Source: Rhodothermales bacterium (GTDB taxonomy: Bacteria; Bacteroidota; Rhodothermia; Rhodothermales; Bin80). Taken from it: DNA of 64,000 bases. Made by a program: the position numbers and the translations under genes. A model generated the notes under the pieces. The model was not told where the DNA came from and searched no databases. It saw only the letters and a list, made by a program, of their open reading frames with translations. Below, piece after piece: positions 61,978 through 64,000 of this stretch. Each line of letters opens with the position of its first letter. Position 1 is the stretch's first letter. The DNA lies in NCBI GenBank assembly GCA_022821385.1, contig JAJEDR010000077.1:42891-106890 (forward strand), given 5' to 3'.

Positions 61978-62092
61978 ATCTGCCGCCAAACGATCATCAC
62001 CAGAGACTGTACAAGGGTTCAGCACCCGGATGCGCGACCGTAGCGTGGATAGTTACTGTCTTGGGTGTCTAGTGTTCCATTCTCAGTTAATT

Positions 62093-63694
62093 TTATACTA
62101 GGCTTGGGCGCCGTTCAGAGCTTACCTGCTCCGGGTAGTCCAATGTATAATGTAGGCCGCGGCTTTCACGCCGCATTTGTGCACTACGGATCACCAGGTA
62201 GGCAACTGCTATAAGATTGCGCAACTCGCAGAGCCGACTAGAAATCCGCGTCCGATGATAGAACTCTTCGACCTCTTCGTAGAGCAGTCTTGTTCGGCGC
62301 AATGCCCGGGCAAGCCGTAAATTTGACCGAACAATCCCGACGTAATTCCACATCGTCCGCTGGAGCTCATCACGATTATGCGATATCAGCACCCACTCGC
62401 CTTGACGCTCCGTGCCTGAAGCGTCCCAATCGGGTACCTTCTCATTGAATGCACGCGTTCCTGCAATCTGTATTGCGATCTTGACGGCCCTCCGACTGAA
62501 TACAAGGGCCTCCAGTAGTGAGTTGCTTGCCAATCTGTTCGCCCCATGCAATCCAGTACAGGCAACCTCTCCTATGGCCAGTAATCCAGAGATGCTGGTC
62601 CTTGCAAGTTCATCGGTCTGGACTCCACCACATTGATAATGTGCAGCCGGGACAACCGGGATGGGATCGTTTGTCGGATCTACGCCAAACTTGCGACATG
62701 AGCCTACGATGTGCGGGAAATTCTCTTCAATCTCTTTTGCCTGGATGTGCGAAATATCCAGAAAAACATAGTTCTCCCCACGATGCTTGAGCTGATCGTC
62801 AATTGCACGGGCAACAATATCCCTAGGAGCCAACTCAGCCCGTGTATCATAACTTTTCATGAAGGCCTCTCCACTCTGATTTAAGAGAATGCCGCCATGT
62901 CCGCGAACGGCCTCAGATATCAGAAATGCCCGTCCTTTGTGCGCTCGTCCCCGATACAGCGCCGTTGGATGAAATTGTACGAACTCCATATTGGCTAAAC
63001 GTGCTTTTGCACGATATGCCATAGCAACCCCATCTCCAGTAGCAATGGATGGGTTCGTCGTATGTTGATATACCGCACATGACCCGCCTGTGGCCAGTAG
63101 CGTCACCCGGGCTAGAAAGGTATGTACAGTCTCATCCTTTTCATCCAATACATAAGCCCCAAAACAATTAATGTCCGGTCGTAGCCGGGTGACATGCTGT
63201 CCTAAATGATGCTCCGTAATCAGGTCGACCGCGTAGTGAAAGTCAAAAACGGTAATATTGGGATGTGCAACAATTGCAGCCAGGAGTACCCGCTCAACTT
63301 CCTGTCCGGTCGCATCTTTCGCATGAATGATCCGGGGATGCGCGTGTCCGCCCTCACGTCCCAGATGCAGTTGTCCCCCTGCCTTTGTGAATGAGGCCCC
63401 TAAATCAATCAATGTCTGGATTTCACGGGGACCTTCAGTGATCACGCTTCTTACAATGTCCTCATCACAGAGGCCTGCACCAGCAATGAGCGTGTCATTA
63501 ATATGACTTTCAAGCGAATCCCCCTTGTCCCAGACACTTGCAATACCTCCCTGCGCGTAATTGGTATTTGACTCGGCGGTCTCTTTTTTGGTAATGATAG
63601 CTACGCGGCCATGGTCGGCTACGCCCAGTGAAAACCACAATCCAGCTATGCCGCTACCCAAGACGAGATAATCATACTGATGTTGATTTGCCAT
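62093..63694 (-). CDS. nadB: L-aspartate oxidase
   Basis: GSGIAGL, NTNYAQGGIA, EGGHAHPRIIHAKDATG, ELAPRDIVARAI and GLHGANRLASNSLLE. Confidence 0.97.
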   Translation of the reverse strand: MANQHQYDYLVLGSGIAGLWFSLGVADHGRVAIITKKETAESNTNYAQGGIASVWDKGDSLESHINDTLIAGAGLCDEDIVRSVITEGPREIQTLIDLGASFTKAGGQLHLGREGGHAHPRIIHAKDATGQEVERVLLAAIVAHPNITVFDFHYAVDLITEHHLGQHVTRLRPDINCFGAYVLDEKDETVHTFLARVTLLATGGSCAVYQHTTNPSIATGDGVAMAYRAKARLANMEFVQFHPTALYRGRAHKGRAFLISEAVRGHGGILLNQSGEAFMKSYDTRAELAPRDIVARAIDDQLKHRGENYVFLDISHIQAKEIEENFPHIVGSCRKFGVDPTNDPIPVVPAAHYQCGGVQTDELARTSISGLLAIGEVACTGLHGANRLASNSLLEALVFSRRAVKIAIQIAGTRAFNEKVPDWDASGTERQGEWVLISHNRDELQRTMWNYVGIVRSNLRLARALRRTRLLYEEVEEFYHRTRISSRLCELRNLIAVAYLVIRSAQMRRESRGLHYTLDYPEQVSSERRPSLV

Positions 63695-63696
63695 GA

Positions 63697-64000
63697 TTAC
63701 TGCAGCAAGTAAGCCTTGATGAACGCATCCAGATCCCCATCCATCACTGCTTGAATATTGGTCATCTTGAGTTCTGTGCGGTGGTCATTCACCATTGTGT
63801 ACGGCTGGAACACATAGGAGCGAATCTGGCTGCCAAAATCAATCCGTTTCTTTTCCGCCGAACGTTTGTTTTTCTCCTCCTCCTGGATTGCCTGTTCTAG
63901 CCGATAGACGCGGCTTTTAAGCATGGTCATGGCGCGATCCCTGTTCTGGCGCTGGCTGCGCTCCTCAGTACATTCTGCCGCAACTCGCACCCGTTCCCCA
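63697..64000 (-). CDS. prfB: Peptide chain release factor 2, 3' end (partial)
   Basis: ERSQRQNR and FGSQIRSYVFQPYTMVNDHRT; runs off the window edge. Confidence 0.95.
   Translation of the reverse strand, partial: GERVRVAAECTEERSQRQNRDRAMTMLKSRVYRLEQAIQEEEKNKRSAEKKRIDFGSQIRSYVFQPYTMVNDHRTELKMTNIQAVMDGDLDAFIKAYLLQ

Noticed and set aside
61980-62092. Possible tRNA upstream of rimP
   Set aside because: No T-loop GTTCRA motif or cloverleaf found on either strand.
63697-64000. prfB programmed frameshift
   Set aside because: The slippery site lies near the 5' end of the gene, outside this window.

Overview
Bacterial chromosomal window of roughly 50% GC (estimated by eye). A T9SS C-terminal sorting domain, ScpAB, a GWxTD protein and the style of the core genes point to Rhodothermota or a related FCB lineage; this is inference. 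A marine-sponge symbiont is plausible because of the Swf-like PKS. Layout: (1) 1-4.6 kb is an accessory patch with the 3' end of a B12 radical SAM gene, a decayed IS transposase, a type I PKS/FAS truncated inside its AT domain, and a secreted tandem-Cache protein with a T9SS tail. (2) 4.6-24.4 kb holds a PgpH-like HD protein and a large sugar uptake/oxidation region: SSS and MFS transporters, a creatininase-family enzyme, a DUF1080-ThuA-GSDH-PKD fusion, cytochrome c, two gluconolactonase paralogues, a HAD, a PQQ/heme-c dehydrogenase, a second DUF1080 and a nucleoside-permease-type MFS. Its divergent intergenic region carries four ACATATGT palindromes spaced 31-32 bp apart. (3) 24.5-49.4 kb is mixed housekeeping: LVIVD/DUF305, modAB, HU, ppc, moaA, guaB, rluB-scpB-scpA, an epimerase, GWxTD and a sulfatase. 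(4) 49.4-64 kb is the conserved prfB-nadB, rimP-nusA-infB-rbfA-truB-ribF-rpsO-pnp-M16 block, interrupted by a beta-propeller lipoprotein gene. I saw no rRNA, tRNA or CRISPR array. All family assignments come from motif recognition by eye; no searches were run.
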